DNA of 64,000 nt from Haliotis rubra (taxonomy: Eukaryota): positions 558,001-622,000 of the forward strand of contig NW_025765448.1 in assembly GCF_003918875.1 (NCBI RefSeq), read 5' to 3'. The notes under the pieces are model-generated. The model was not told the origin of the DNA. It did not search any database and worked only from the letters and a program-made list of their open reading frames with translations. Positions 38,691-52,215 of the stretch are shown piece after piece. Position 1 is the stretch's first letter. Every line of letters begins with the position of its first letter. Position numbers and translations under genes: made by a program.

Positions 38691-39146
38691 ATTCTGGGGA
38701 AGATGACCGAAAGATGTTATGATGTTAATCAACAACATACACCGAGGTACAGGGACAACACGTTGTGATGTAGACCGACAGCAATGTATGGGAAGGGAAG
38801 TCTGAATACCTCTTGCAACATTGTTGTACTATGTAACACTCACTCACACCCTTCTGGAAGTAAGCAGCCGAAGTCATCCGTTCACAAGGATGAGATCATG
38901 TAGGCCAATCCATAAAGTTTATGAACCAGGATGACTGCAGTAGTATTCTGACCCTTAACATTATGTTCATAATAACCTTGTATTTATATACACATGCATT
39001 TTCGTGACTCAGTTGTTGTGTCATTTTTCAGTCAAAATATAGATTGTTAGTCGAATAATAGATGATTTTGTTTTTGTTCTATTAACTTTTATCTTGACAA
39101 GTAGTTGATATATTCTGTCTGCCTGAAAGTTGTTTGATCTGTATTC

Positions 39147-39249
39147 CAGAAGTTGATGAATTAACAACAATAAAGCATACAACTTTATGGATAACAACTT
39201 CTTGTTTATTGCATAGACAGTTGTTATCTATAAAGTCGTATACTTTATT
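39147..39249. mobile_element. Third Penelope-like inverted relic, ribozyme segment absent
   Basis: aataaagcatacaactttatggataacaact / agttgttatctataaagtcgtatactttatt. Shares ggataacaactt...tgtttattgcat with the 32.3-kb copy. Confidence 0.6.
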
Positions 39250-39617
39250 ACTGAAAACAGTTATTCTATGTATTTATCATAGTTGCTTGTGTAGTCCTTG
39301 GTAGGCATTTCAAATTTGAAAGTCTGACCAAACAGTAACTCTGAAATGTCGTAACACAGACTGTTTCAAAGTTTCATACCAACATGTTGCCAGTATGTGT
39401 AATGAAGGAAGTTGTCCTAGAATTATTTATGGTCTTACCAAGACCATGATGTTCCTGATCTTCTCTCAGTCATTGTTTACAGTCATTTTACATAGCAATC
39501 TCTGAATGACACAGTTTCACATCCAGGTTAAAGAATTGTAAACAGAACAGTTACAGTGTCATACAAATCAATCCGAAAAGCTTCTGAAGATAACTTTTGT
39601 TACATAGGTAAAAAACC

Positions 39618-39953
39618 CATTAGTTTCTCACCCAGTTCATGGGGCTTAGCCTTGCTAAAGAACAGTTAGTTTCTGATTCGGGTCATGAAACAAATGGTTT
39701 CTTACCCAGGTCACATAACAAAGCCTTACACAAGGTTTCAAGATAGTTGGTTATTGACTCAGGTTAGAAAACAACTAATTTCTCACCTATTCATAGAGCA
39801 ATAGTTTTCCCACCCAGGTCACAGGACAATTAGTTTCTCACCCATGTCACAGAACAATTAGTTTCTCACCCAGGTAACAGATTAGTTAGTTTCTCACCCA
39901 GGTAACAGATCAGTTAGTTTCTCACCCAGGTCACAGAACAGTTAGTTTCTCGC
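39618..39953. repeat. 28-bp tandem repeat (ttagtttctcacccaggtMacagaWcag), degenerate on the left
   Basis: tagtttctc recurs at 39831, 39859, 39887, 39915 and 39943. Confidence 0.88.
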
Positions 39954-41424
39954 GGAGATCTCCTGTATACAGGGATGTAGCACTAGAAGTGCTTGTAGAT
40001 TGTTTATTAAAGTGTTACACACTTTTAGCAGAAAATATACACAGAAAATATACATACGAATGAGATGTGTCATGTCTTGAGATATTTTAAACCAATTTGT
40101 CCTAGATAGATGCACAAAAAATGTGGCTTCTATTCAAATCTCACGACATTTAAACTGAGCCATAAACCGGAATATATACTACGACAGATGAAACATTTTA
40201 AATGATCTTATCTTGGTGACACAAACTGACTGCAAGTCAAGGAACATTGGTGACAGAAGGCTCAGTAAGAGATACACGATACATGCAGCTGAAAAACTGA
40301 CTCAAGTTTTCCATAACAGTGCACTTATGTGTATATATTGTATTGTGGTTGCTGTGAGTTGATTGTGTAGCATCAACTGGGAGTTTAATGCTGTTAATGT
40401 ACAAACAAGGCTAAACTTTGTGGTAACAGATACAAGTGAGCAGAGGAGGCATTTTTGGAAAAACAGAACTGCAGGCAAGTTATAAGCTCTGAAAAAAGAC
40501 GACATAGGGCTTGATAGGATCATTTTCCCACACTCTGCGTCCAGGCTGAAACTGGGTCAGGATATACGAGAAGATGTTTTGAACTTGGAGTTTGCAGGGC
40601 TACTAAGTAGCTAAATGTCTCTCTGAAATTGCTAATGACAAGTTGCAATAAAGAATTCTTGAAATCTGCTTGCCCCTTTCCAAGAGCTCTTGAGATGACA
40701 GAGTTTGTTGTAATTAATTTATTTGAGTAAATTTCGATGAAATCTGTTGAACATATGGCTGCTTCCTTCTCTGAACTGTAAAAATTGACACGCCAGACAA
40801 TCAAGTTTGCTATGTCAGCAGTAGATGCTTGTTTCTCCAATACATGTAAGTCTTGGTATCTGAATGACTTAAGTAGTAAATCTTTCTCACTGATTGAAAA
40901 CCATGCTGATGATAGGATACTCTTGTTCGTATAATATGCAAAATCGTGTCATTTGAGCGGCTTGATCTGCCATTTAAGCAAGATTATGAATCATAAAGAC
41001 CTTGTATTGAATGTAATTGGTTTGACATATACTCAGCCTACAATTACATGGGTATTGCATTAAATATTTATACAATACATTGAATCGGAATGGTTGTTAG
41101 GCATGGGTTTGACGACTACACCACGATTTCATTGGAATAGTTTGATTATGTGTTAAGCTGTTTCTGAAGAATCTTTTACAATTGATTGAGTATACGTAAT
41201 CAGCAGTAGCAGGCTGTGCAGACATTTTATGGTAATTGCTGTTGATAGTGGAGAAAACATGTCTTGATGTCTGGTCTGGTTGATTTATGATTCAGCCTCA
41301 TCTGAATATATTTCTGTTTTTCTTGATTAGATCTTGTTTCAGGTTATATACGTATTTATGTGCTTTTTTATTAGTCTTGTAACAGCTGTCTTCCTGAAAA
41401 ATGGTTAACAATGAGGAAGCATTT

Positions 41425-41799
41425 ATTTTTTTTTTTTTTTGTTTTAACGTCACACTCAGCATTATTTGGGCCGTGATGGCCGGAATCTGGAGTGACAATA
41501 CAGGGAATGAACATGTTAGTAATGATCCACAGGGTTTGATGACGTGCAGCCAAGCAAGTCACCAAGCCTGACCATCCGTCCATTTGGTACCCTGTGACCA
41601 GCAGAGGTTGCTGAGCATGTACTCCAACCTGGAATCCTTAGGGTGTCAGTCGTGGGGTAGCCTGCTTGTCACTCCGAAGACCCAGGTTCATTTCTCCATA
41701 TGGGTACAATATGTGAAGCCCATTTCTGGCATCCCCATTGTGATATTGATGGAATATTGCTAAAAGTGTGTAAAACTAAACTAACTCACTCACTCACTC
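41425..41799. mobile_element. Decayed minus-strand SINE B (41425-41640) with a plus-strand SINE A (41651-41798) inserted at its head
   Basis: SINE A is flanked by ctta(a)gggtgtcagt duplications at about 41637 and 41799. Confidence 0.8.
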
Positions 41800-42492
41800 T
41801 TAAGGGTGTCAGTGCCCAGTAGTCACTTCGGAAGTCTCTTAGTATAATGGAATCACATAATGAAATAATGAAAGAACTGATTAAATCTCTTTTTCTTTTT
41901 CATGATGATAGTTAATCTGTACCGATTTACATTTGGTCACTGGAAGTATACATGCTTGAGAGCATTGCGCCAAGCCCTATCTCCCCCCGGAAGGAAATAG
42001 GTTGGTTCAAGTCAAGAATATCCTTTTGTTAATGAATTGCTTATTGATTAGATATACTTGGCATAACAGAGTTGTCACCTTACAAGCGAAGGCTTGAGAA
42101 ATTTCAAGTATATTTTCCGGCATGTAATAACTTGTAATTTTCCCAGCGAGTTACGTGCTTGTCATCAAATTAGCCAGTTTGCCAATAGCTGAATATGTTT
42201 GAGGTTAGTGTATGCTGAGAATAGCATTCTCATAAGTGTTTGACACACAAGCAGGATATTTTTTTGAGGGTTAATAATCTTTATTGTCACATTGCTGGCA
42301 AAGCTAAGAATAATCAGAACCACATTAAAAGTTGTAGAGGTAGACAAAATGAGATTTTAACCATGCAAGTCAATTTGGCTGAATTTAAACTTCTTTATAC
42401 CAAAGAAACCACAGGTGATAGGAGTCCAATATAATAGCAATATTCCTGGTATAGTGAGGTTTCATTTATATACAGTTTGGACCTGTCAACAG

Positions 42493-42690
42493 GTAGTTAA
42501 GTTGTAGAAGTAGTTTGAGACGTAGTAGAAGTGGTTGTAGTTGCAGTTGCAGTTGTAGAAATAGTGGTTGCAGTAGAAGTAGTTGTAGTAGCAGTATCTG
42601 TGCAAGTATTTGGTGAAGTAGTAGTAGCAGTTATTGTTGAGGGGCAGCAGAAGTAGTTGGTGGAGTAGAAGCAGTAGTAGTGCAGTTGTT
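42493..42690. repeat. Degenerate (GTA/GCA/GTT)n low-complexity trinucleotide tract
   Basis: Direct reading. Confidence 0.8.
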
Positions 42691-45600
42691 ACTGATGACT
42701 GGGTATCTATGTGGTTGTACCAGATGACTGACTGGTCAGTTCATGAGGTGTACAGTGACACCTGCAGCTGTGCTAACAATAGTAAAACAATAGTAAAACA
42801 ATAGTAAAACAATTAAAACTGTGTCTTTATCTTCTTTGATTATTCTTGCATGTTTACATCCATTTAAGGTTTGGAAGAAATTCTGACTGGAAAAAGAACA
42901 GATCACATAGGCCAGAGTTTCTGTGATAGATATTAACTATTTCAAAACAGGTTGTTTTTAAGTACACTGTTTTGTCACATTTTAGTTTGATTTGTGGAGA
43001 CAGTTGACAAGAGGAATACTAGAATTGGTCATTGACAGACTGGTAATGGATATAGGTCTTTTGGTTAATGTTGTTCAAACGTTTGAATCGGTGCTCATGT
43101 AGTAGAGAGGTGAGAACAGTGTAATGATATGTTTGATATATCCGATAAAAAATATTTATGTTAAAAAATATCAACATGTGTCACCTTGATTGTTTTATCC
43201 ACATATTCTAAATGTAATATCTAGGTAGCTCACTCCAACCAGCACAAGGAGCTGAGAGTATTACACTAATGAGAACCCTATCTTCATACTTCACCAACTC
43301 AATCTGTTTACTTGTCAAAATAGGAAAAACAAATTGATAGCCATGCCTTTTATAGACGTGGGAAATTTGGGAATGGTAGAAACCAGGTCATTGAGGAACT
43401 GGTGATTGTCGCAGGAGCATCCTGTCCATGCACAGGCAAAGCCCAATTACTGCAGCAGCTAGTGTAGCCATAATAGTGGGGCAAATTGCCTGCAGTTTAT
43501 CATAGGGAGACCAGCATAATTGAGGCAATTCTGCTCCCTGTGTTGTGGAAAGACATGCAGAATAGTTGCCACTGTATGAGTTATTGTAATAGTAGGTAGT
43601 TTCTTGTTTGCTGTCCAGGCTGGGCTTTTCGTGTGTGAAACACGAAGCTCATGGAATTTCTTAAGAATTTTTAAAGTACAGGTGAACAAAAGGCTTAGGT
43701 AAATTACCTGTTCACATGCTAAGATTAACGGGAAATGCCAGCCTTGATTAGCATTTCGATGATGTTATCGGTTTTTGAGCCAAAGTCATTAAGTTCAGTA
43801 GATTTTAAAAATGGATTTCCCAAGGTTTGGGTTATATCCTGTACAGATACTGGCACTGAATTCACTACTAATTGCATGTTTAGGTACTTTAATATCTGTA
43901 AGTGTACTGCCTTTCATTGTAAGCAAATCTATTTCTGAGATGTATTTGGTTTTAAATGTTGTTAGGTAAGCAGTAGGAAACAACAGAAATGAATTAGAGA
44001 TTTTATGGCAACTCTCATATCAATTTGGACTCTGATTCACCTTTCAAGGCCATAAAAACAAAGGTCAATATTTAATGTGCTCAGCTTTGAATTCCATGGA
44101 AGCCATATTCACAACAAAAAACTAAATATTGACATATCATGGTGAATCCACCTGAGTCTGAGAGGAATGCCTCCTAAGCTCATCGCTGTTTACCAGCTGC
44201 CTGAATTCCAACAAGTTTCTTCCAACTTTTTGCCATAATTTTTAGCCGAGGTGTATTTGTAACTTTGCATCGAAATATTAAACCCCGTTCTTGGAAAAAT
44301 CCTTGAAAGTCTCATTTATCGATACTATTTCTGTTTTTAAAAAGGGTTTACGGGTTGTTGCCAAGATGGCCTTATCCTGCTCCAAGGGCGGAGCTTGACT
44401 GTGCCTTTGTTTTAAGGCCACTTGTCAACAATTGAAGAGTCTGTTAAATTCTGCCTTTTGCCTTTAGCCAAAATCTCCTCGGCAATCACCTGTAAGTTTT
44501 TGCCGCTATTGACAAGTGTAAATCATTTTGGGAAATTGACAGTTTTTGTGGATCAAGCTGTGAAATGTGTTGAACAGTCATTACAGGTCTATCATTCAGT
44601 TAAACAGCTTCAGGGAATCAGTATAATTAATGAACTGTTTGCCTGGTAGGCATCAATCCTGCGTCAATTAAAAAACCTGATGTATCTTCAATTTCATTTT
44701 TGTTCATGTAGACTATTGATAAGATATTTATGAAATTAACATTTTTTCTTTTAGTTTCATCTGTAATTATTGTATTATTCTTAATCCTCCATTTTCATTT
44801 CCAAATGAATGTACACAAACTAAGGTATAATTGTAAATTAAATTATTGTTTGTTATTTATCTGTGATGATATGAGTAAAAATGATGTATTAAACTTTTGA
44901 TATACCGGCATTAAACTAAATATGTTATCCAGTAAATTAATTTTTGTTGCCTTTGCCCCATTCAAGTTTGAATGTGACAGTTGCACAAATGTACAGGAAG
45001 TCACTTGAGTAGGAAGTGATAAAAAGAGCATGGAACTTCTTTGTCCACAGAATTCAAAACTGAAAACAGATGTGCCGTGGTTCTGTCTTTCTTAAATTCA
45101 GATGTATTTTTTTACAAAGATAAGTGAAGATAACCAAATGTGCAGCCTTACCAGAGTCTGTTGCCATGTGGTGGGATCAGTTACATTAACATGAGGAATT
45201 TTCTTGTTTTCAAGTTGACATTGCTACCCTGGCCCAAACATTATGGCCTCAGTTGAATGTCACATGTTATCAACATCATTTGATCCACATCTTCTAGGAT
45301 GTATTTTGTCCTAAATTTTGGGTTCTTCCTTTTGTGGTTTCAGATAACATACAAAAAACCCACCAGTTTGTTAATGGGTATGGGAAATGTGAAATGTGAA
45401 ATGTTATGGTATGTCTATGGAGTGCTGAAGTGAAAGCAAATATATTTAAATCATGCACCCAATATATTTTGTGGATTTTAATTTTTAGTGATGATTAATA
45501 CTGAGTCTAATGTTGATGAAACAAGTAAAGCTGATATGAAAAAGTTCTTCCTCTCCCACCACAAACAGGTCACCAATAAATATCACCAGATCTTCCTTTA

Positions 45601-47147
45601 AAAAAGTGTCAGTGCGTGGAGGTATGGGAGACAGGCTGACAGCCATTGTTGTGTGGGCCTGGTCAAGTGGTCATTTCCATTGTTCCCTGGCCAGGCTGCT
45701 CGTTAAGGGATTTACTATTCACCTGTTGGCAGGTGCAGTTTGAGGTTTCTGGGGCCCCGGACAAGCCTAATGGTCTCAAATTACTACCTGTTTTGATTTA
45801 CTGTTAGTGGCTGCGTGATGGAATTCTGGGATACAGAGGAAATAAGCAGCCATCTTTTATATTTTCACACTGTGACCTCAAGTTTTTACCTTGCATTTTC
45901 CCATCAACTCATTTTAAAAGAAAAGTAAACATTTGGATATTGGAATTAAGAAAATATTTAATGTCCTTTTAGAGCTATTATATTTAATATCTGCTTACAA
46001 TTACTGTTTAAAGTATGATACTTGACATATCTTAGAAAGGGAAGTGAAATTTGTTAAATCTTGTCAAACTATATTTAATTTAATTGATGGAATATTGGTA
46101 ACAAGTGTAAGCTTTTATTCTGTCTTTAACAGACACAGAAATATCCTTTGTCAAGGGGAGAACTGCCAACACACAGCATTAATGCATCAGTATTGTTCTG
46201 GGGCCTAATGGTAGCATAGGTGTTTAGGGTTATGGTGGTGCCGTAAACAACCCCAGGCCATGCTGACCTCCCCCCTCCCACAACAAACACCACCTGCTTA
46301 AAGCAGTTATGATGTAACAGTAAATAAAATTGTGTAAGTGTTTCACTGCCTGTTAAAGGACAGATAACCCAGTCAGTAATGACTTTAATTATCCCCTGTA
46401 GCATTAGCACTTGTTCAAGGAAGCTGATTACAGTTGTGATTTGTTTTGATCTAGGCTGTAAAAGTGTCACCAAGTGGTTAGCAGTAGTCCTGTATTAATA
46501 GAGATCTGTTATGTAACTATTAAGATTATTTTTCATGTGTTATGATTTGAAAGTGTCTTAGTCATCAGCCTGTCTTGAGTCTTTGTTATCTTATATCATT
46601 TGGAAATTCCTTTGACTCGAAATCAGGTTTTGAGGGAACTTGTTATTGCATCAAAGGTTGGAGACTTTAAAAATACTGTTTCTAGTTGTGTAGGCAGGAC
46701 AACAATGAAGTGCCTATAGTTATTTTTCTAGAATTCAGTTCATTGGAGTGTTTTTGCTTAATATGGCTGTCACATAATTCATTGTGACTTGTTCAACTTG
46801 TCTTATATTAGCACTGATACTGTCTTGTTTGTAAAATGACCTTGTGTTGTGTTCTGTGCTGATAGGCGACATAAAATGGAATATACACAGCATGGTTCTG
46901 TGGCCAGTACTGGAGTCACTGGATACTCGCTGTTGATGAAGGTGGCCAAAATTGTCTGTATCATGTAATTCAGATTATTTGAAGGAAGGCCTTTAACCTT
47001 GTAGTGATAAGTTATGATTGTATTAGTGTTGGAGTTGGTTGTCTTTTGCCATCAGCTCCAATTAACTGAAATCAGAGTTCAGTTCATCATTATCAGGACG
47101 TATGTTGCCATGACTATGTTTCTTGAGCAGACATTCATACTCTTAGC

Positions 47148-47227
47148 TGTGAAACCCATTTCTGGTGTCCCCCGCCGTGATAAAGCTGGAATATTGCTAA
47201 AAGTGGCGTAAAATTTAACTCACTCAC
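47148..47227 (+). mobile_element. 5'-truncated SINE family A
   Basis: TSD tcatactcttagc on both sides. Confidence 0.87.
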
Positions 47228-47817
47228 TCATACTCTTAGCATTTCAAGATAATAAATGATTTCAATTATTGCCATTTATTCAAAGTCCGTTGCTGAGAAG
47301 CTCAGTTTAACTAAGCATTGCAACAATTGCAATGCTTGAAGTCCATTCTTGTGTTCTTGTGATAACGCCCTAATGTTGATAGAGATTTACCTAAACTTGT
47401 ATCAGACTTACTCACCATCAACAGCTGAATGAATGTAAGATAATGGTTAAAACACAAGCACATCTATCAATATGTTGCAGTCATGATGTATCAGTACCTT
47501 TTTGTATGTACTCTGTAAGCATAAGCCATAAGCAGTTTCAAAATCAGGGTGACCAATTATATTTCTACTTTCGACATGCACAGTCCTTTGAACTATACGC
47601 TTTCACAATAACACAATATTGCTATCACATTGATCGTGACTGTTCAGCTCCACAGCTTTTCACGGCAGCTTTTCATAATTTGGAGCTTGGGAAATAATAG
47701 AGGGCAGAGACGCACTTAGTCACCTGAATTATTAGACTCTGATGTAGAAGGACAACTTGCCCATGTTACCCAGTGTAGTGTGTAGGAGAGCATGTGTCAT
47801 GCTAAGTTTACATAGAC

Positions 47818-48052
47818 TGTGTGTAGGGTGGGGATAGGGCTTTTTGGGTGGAGCTAGGGTTGTTTGGGTGGGACATGGTTGTGTGGGTGGGGACTGGGTT
47901 GTGTGGGTGGGAATGGGGTATGTAGGGTGGGGACAGGCTGTTTTTGTGGAGATGGGGTTGTTTTGGTGGAAATGGGGTAGTTTGGGTGGGGATAGGGTGT
48001 GTGGGGTGGGGATGGGGTATTTAAGGTCGGTATAGGGCTGTTTGGTTGGGTT
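47818..48052. repeat. G-rich degenerate ~20-bp repeat (potential G-quadruplex)
   Basis: gggtggg(g)a.gg units. Confidence 0.75.
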
Positions 48053-48253
48053 TGACAATGGATAAAGCACCAATCTGTTTTAATGTTTTATGACACTGTA
48101 CATATTTAACATTTGTTGTTTAAATGTTGCTTAAACAATATTGCAGCTATGATGTCAATCTGTAAATTGTCAAGTCTGGACTAGGTAACCCAGTTGCCCA
48201 GTGACAAAGCTACTCACCCTGGCTGCCGGATCGTATCCATTTACAAATGATTA

Positions 48254-48420
48254 GGGGCGGTAGGGTAGCCCAGTGGTTAAAGTATTTGATTGTCTCATCT
48301 GAGTCACAGGTTTGATGCCTCACAGGGGGGCAGTATGTGAAGCCCATTTCTTGTGTCCCTGGCAGTGGTATTACTGGAATATTGGTGAAAGTGGCGTAAA
48401 ACCCTACTCACTCATTCATT
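48254..48420 (+). mobile_element. SINE family A (diverged)
   Basis: ggggcggtagggtagcccagtggttaaag...ggcgtaaaaccctactcactc. TSD-like aaatgatta. Confidence 0.82.
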
Positions 48421-49179
48421 CTGAAAATGATTAACTTACAGGAAAGACAAGCGACAGAGGTGACAGTCAAGGACATGTTACACAGTGGACCTTCTTACTG
48501 CATTAAGTTGACATCTCACTGTCTGACTCTTGACCAGACATATTTCTGTGAAATGTGGTAGCAGATACACTTTGTAGTGGCCTAAAGAGTGTGTAGAATG
48601 TCGTGTTAGTGAATGTATCTGTTGGTTTTATTGGATTAATGAGGGTCTGCTGGCACTGACAAGACAAATTGAAGTTTGGCTGATCGTGCCACTTCAAAAC
48701 CTTCTCCATTTACATATTGACGTTGTGACTGACAACAAGAAATTTCGCAGCGGTCTCTGACAACATTAAAGAAAACACCTGGGGAATTGCACGATTTGTT
48801 GCTTAACTCTACCAAAGAACTCGGTGTTTAAAGCAATCGTCTCTCGTCATGTTCACCTTGACTGGTGGAATGTTTAATCAGGGCAAACATGTCGTTTGTG
48901 TCTTCTTCTCTTCTTGCTGGCTGTACTATAGTGACTCATGATTGCCTGTATGGCTTCTGAGATGTGCTCAGCATAAGTTCTTATAATGAGATGAGAATGT
49001 TTGAATAAGAAAATAGCTACATTACAGTCCTAGCTTGGGAAAATGTGGATTTCCAAGAAGGTGGTAAACATACTCCAGTGTTTGGACCATATCATATAGA
49101 TCTGTCCCCAGGATGTCCTGACAGATGTGTGTCACATGCACCTTGTACAGGGGTGTAATGAGCTGAATGGTATACATCT

Positions 49180-49500
49180 AAGATCATTGGTAGAGCTCAA
49201 TAGTCTTGTACACCCTTTGACCTGTGGTAGGAACTTAGTGGTCTTGTACACACTTACACTTTGGTTGGAGCCGAATCGTCTCGTATAAACTTAAACCTTT
49301 GGTAAGAGCTAAATGATCTTGGCACCCTTAGACCTGGTTAGAGACGAATGATCTTATACTCCCTTAGACCGTAATAGAGCCAGATGTTCTTGTGCTCCCT
49401 TAGATCTTGTAAGAGCCAAATGTTGTTCTCAAAGAAACCTTTGTTAGAGCCACTTGATCTTTGGTAAGAACTTAACAGCTTTCTACATCTCTAGACCTTT
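49180..49500. repeat. Old ~38-40-bp tandem repeat
   Basis: ccttagacct..ggtaagagc..aatg.tctt units. Confidence 0.65.
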
Positions 49501-50848
49501 GCTTCAGCCCCTGCAAGTTATACATTTATAAACTTCACTTTGGGTGTCTTTGTTGAAATACAATCTACAGATATAAAATTCTTCAACAGACCGTTAATGT
49601 TTTCAAAGTTTGAACAGACTGTTTGGATGTTGCAAGTCAATGATGTCAAATAATACATTTTCACTTCAAGAGATCTACACAAACTTCTTGTGTAGGTTTT
49701 TCCAAGACAACAACTGCCCAATCAGATAGCTTGAAATGAAATTAAGTAATGATAAATGGCCATATAACTGTAGTCTTCTTTATCCTGAGCATAAATATTT
49801 ATGTTTGTATCTTTCCCTTTCTGTCATTGATCAGACCTGAATGTCTTTCCGACAAGTCGAACGGTTGTATTTGAGAAACAATGTTTAATGATCTGAGTTA
49901 ATCATAGCAGTAATGATCAATTATGTATCATTTTCAAGGTCTGATTTAGATTCTTCATTCAGCTAGTTGTTACTGAGTAGTACATTGGCACATTTCGACA
50001 GGAAGTCAGTGTTTAACTTCACTACACACTGTAGATTTTCTTCAGGGAACAAAGAATTCCCTATGCAAACAAAAGGAGTTTGTTTAGTAAACAACCAAAT
50101 AGCCGTGGGTTTTGTAATCCAACAAAATTTGTGTTGCGGTGCCCAGAACACAAAGCTGTAAGTCTTGGGCAAAACTGTCAAATCAAATCTAGGCAAAAGT
50201 TCAAATTTAGATATCAGGAAAAATGTCTCAATAAGGAAACTTATCCTCTTGATGAGTTGTTGTAAGGAAAACAGTACATGTGTGCTGCGGACAAAAGGCA
50301 CATTCAATTGAGAAAGATTGATTTTTAATCGAGATAAATATTTGGCATTTTTTAGCGGTATTTTGATTGACTTTAAGTCAAGGGCAAGTTCTTTCAACCA
50401 GGCTAGAAACGATGCCTTACCTCCATTACTGTGTTGTTTTGATGCAATTTGATGTAAGGCAATATCAAACTTTGTTCATAAAAATACAGGATCTCATAAC
50501 AAAATCTTAGGCTATGGTAATGATAAAATACCTATTGTAGTGGTGACCAGTTAAAATACATTTGATCTTTAAAATCATGCTGAAAGGACAAATATTGTCG
50601 GGAGACAAAACAGTATTATAAAGTAAAAATCACCCCTTTATTTTCAGTTACATAATTCACTGACATCTTGGGCAAAGACATACATGCTTTTTCTGTTCAT
50701 TTTTCTCAGTAGCTTGTCTTCAAAATTTCAGCTTATGGGTTTAATTGGTTGTTTCATCATCGGTGCATAGTGGAATATGAATGAATTTCAGTGACCAGCA
50801 ATAGATAATATCATATCTGGTAATATCATGTCTGTGTTTTTTCTTCAG

Positions 50849-50971
50849 GTTTCCGAGGACGAAATTGTCAGATCAATGTAGATGACTGCGCGAACAACCT
50901 CTGTAATAATGGATCTACCTGCGTAGATGGAGTGGACAGTTACACCTGTCATTGCCCACCTACCTATAAAG
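50849..50971 (+). CDS. Notch: Notch exon: EGF7 (GFRGRNCQINVDDCANNLCNNGSTCVDGVDSYTCHCPPTYKG)
   Basis: Not in the ORF track; translated by hand. Acceptor ttttttcttcag and donor gtaagt at 50972. 123 nt, phase 1-1. Confidence 0.93.
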
Positions 50972-52058
50972 GTAAGTTATTTTTTTCCTGAGGATATGGT
51001 GTGTGGGGCAGCCTCCAGTTGGAAGTTGCCTTGTTATGCTAAATTCACATGGACACTAAGAGGTAGCCTAGTTGTCAAAGTGTTCACTTGTCATGCCTAA
51101 GACACGAGTTCGATTCTCCACATGGGTACAGTGTGTAAAGCCAGTTCTGGTTTCACCTGCTGGAACATTGCTAAAAGCATTTTAAGCCAGGCTCATTCTG
51201 TCTTATGGCCAAGGTCTCGAAATACACAAATGTATAATTTCTATTTTGAGGGACCACTTTATTTGTTGATATGAGGTTTTCAAATCTAACACCTAGGAGG
51301 TCATGTTGTTGACATTTGTTGGGAAGCCATGAACTGCTTTGCTTCCTCCCGAACAGCTACTCCTAATGATCCACTCAGAACATGGGAAGAACTGTTTATC
51401 AAAAGGATGATATTGTTACACTCTGTGCCAAATGAAACATTACACATATAGCAGTTTGGGCATTGTAAATTGTATCTTGTTTACGACAGTAGCCTGTACA
51501 ATCAGCGTGGAACATGCACTTTAGATAAATGTCTGACTCTGTGATTTGTTTTTACTATTAATGAAGGTATTATGTTGACAAGTTTGCCTTTTGACCGTAA
51601 ATGTGAACCCACCCATATCAGAACTTGAAACCTGTTTTGTATCGAAATATTGAACTTAGGGGTGGAGAGACACGACTCCATTGATGACATATGTTTGTGT
51701 GAGATATAGAAATACGGGCTTTAGAGTTGAGAAGTCTGTTGTAAATACATGATGAATATTTGCACTACTTCTCTTTGTACCGTACCCAACTTTCTATTTG
51801 TAGAGGGTAGGACAGCTTGGCCCCAAGTCATTTTTGTGCTTTTAAGTACGTGTATGGAAACTGCTGCAAGCGTATATGACAACTGTTCAGTTCCTATCCA
51901 GGAGTAACTCAATTATGATATGTTCATTTAAATCAACGGGTGGTGGGGTAGCCTAATGGTTAAAGCATCTGCGTTTGTGTTAAAGACCCGAGTTTGATTT
52001 GCCACATGGGTACTATGTGTTAAGCCAATTTCTGATGTTCCCCACTGTGATATTGCTG

Positions 52059-52215
52059 NNNNNNNNNNNNNNNNNNNNNNNNNNNNNNNNNNNNNNNNNN
52101 NNNNNNNNNNNNNNNNNNNNNNNNNNNNNNNNNNNNNNNNNNNNNNNNNNNNNNNNNNNNNNNNNNNNNNNNNNNNNNNNNNNNNNNNNNNNNNNNNNNN
52201 NNNNNNNNNNNNNNN
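52059..52215. other. Assembly gap (157 N) starting inside a SINE A (51938-52058)
   Basis: N run directly follows gatattgctg of the SINE. Confidence 0.98.

Noticed and set aside
18074-43366. Isolated perfect CSL sites (for example tgtgggaaa at about 18075 and cgtgggaaa at about 43357)
   Set aside because: The number of scattered 7-mer matches is about what chance predicts in 64 kb, and none forms a head-to-head paired site.
49963-50397. 144-aa minus-strand ORF
   Set aside because: Non-ATG start, no recognisable motif and no splice support. Expected by chance.
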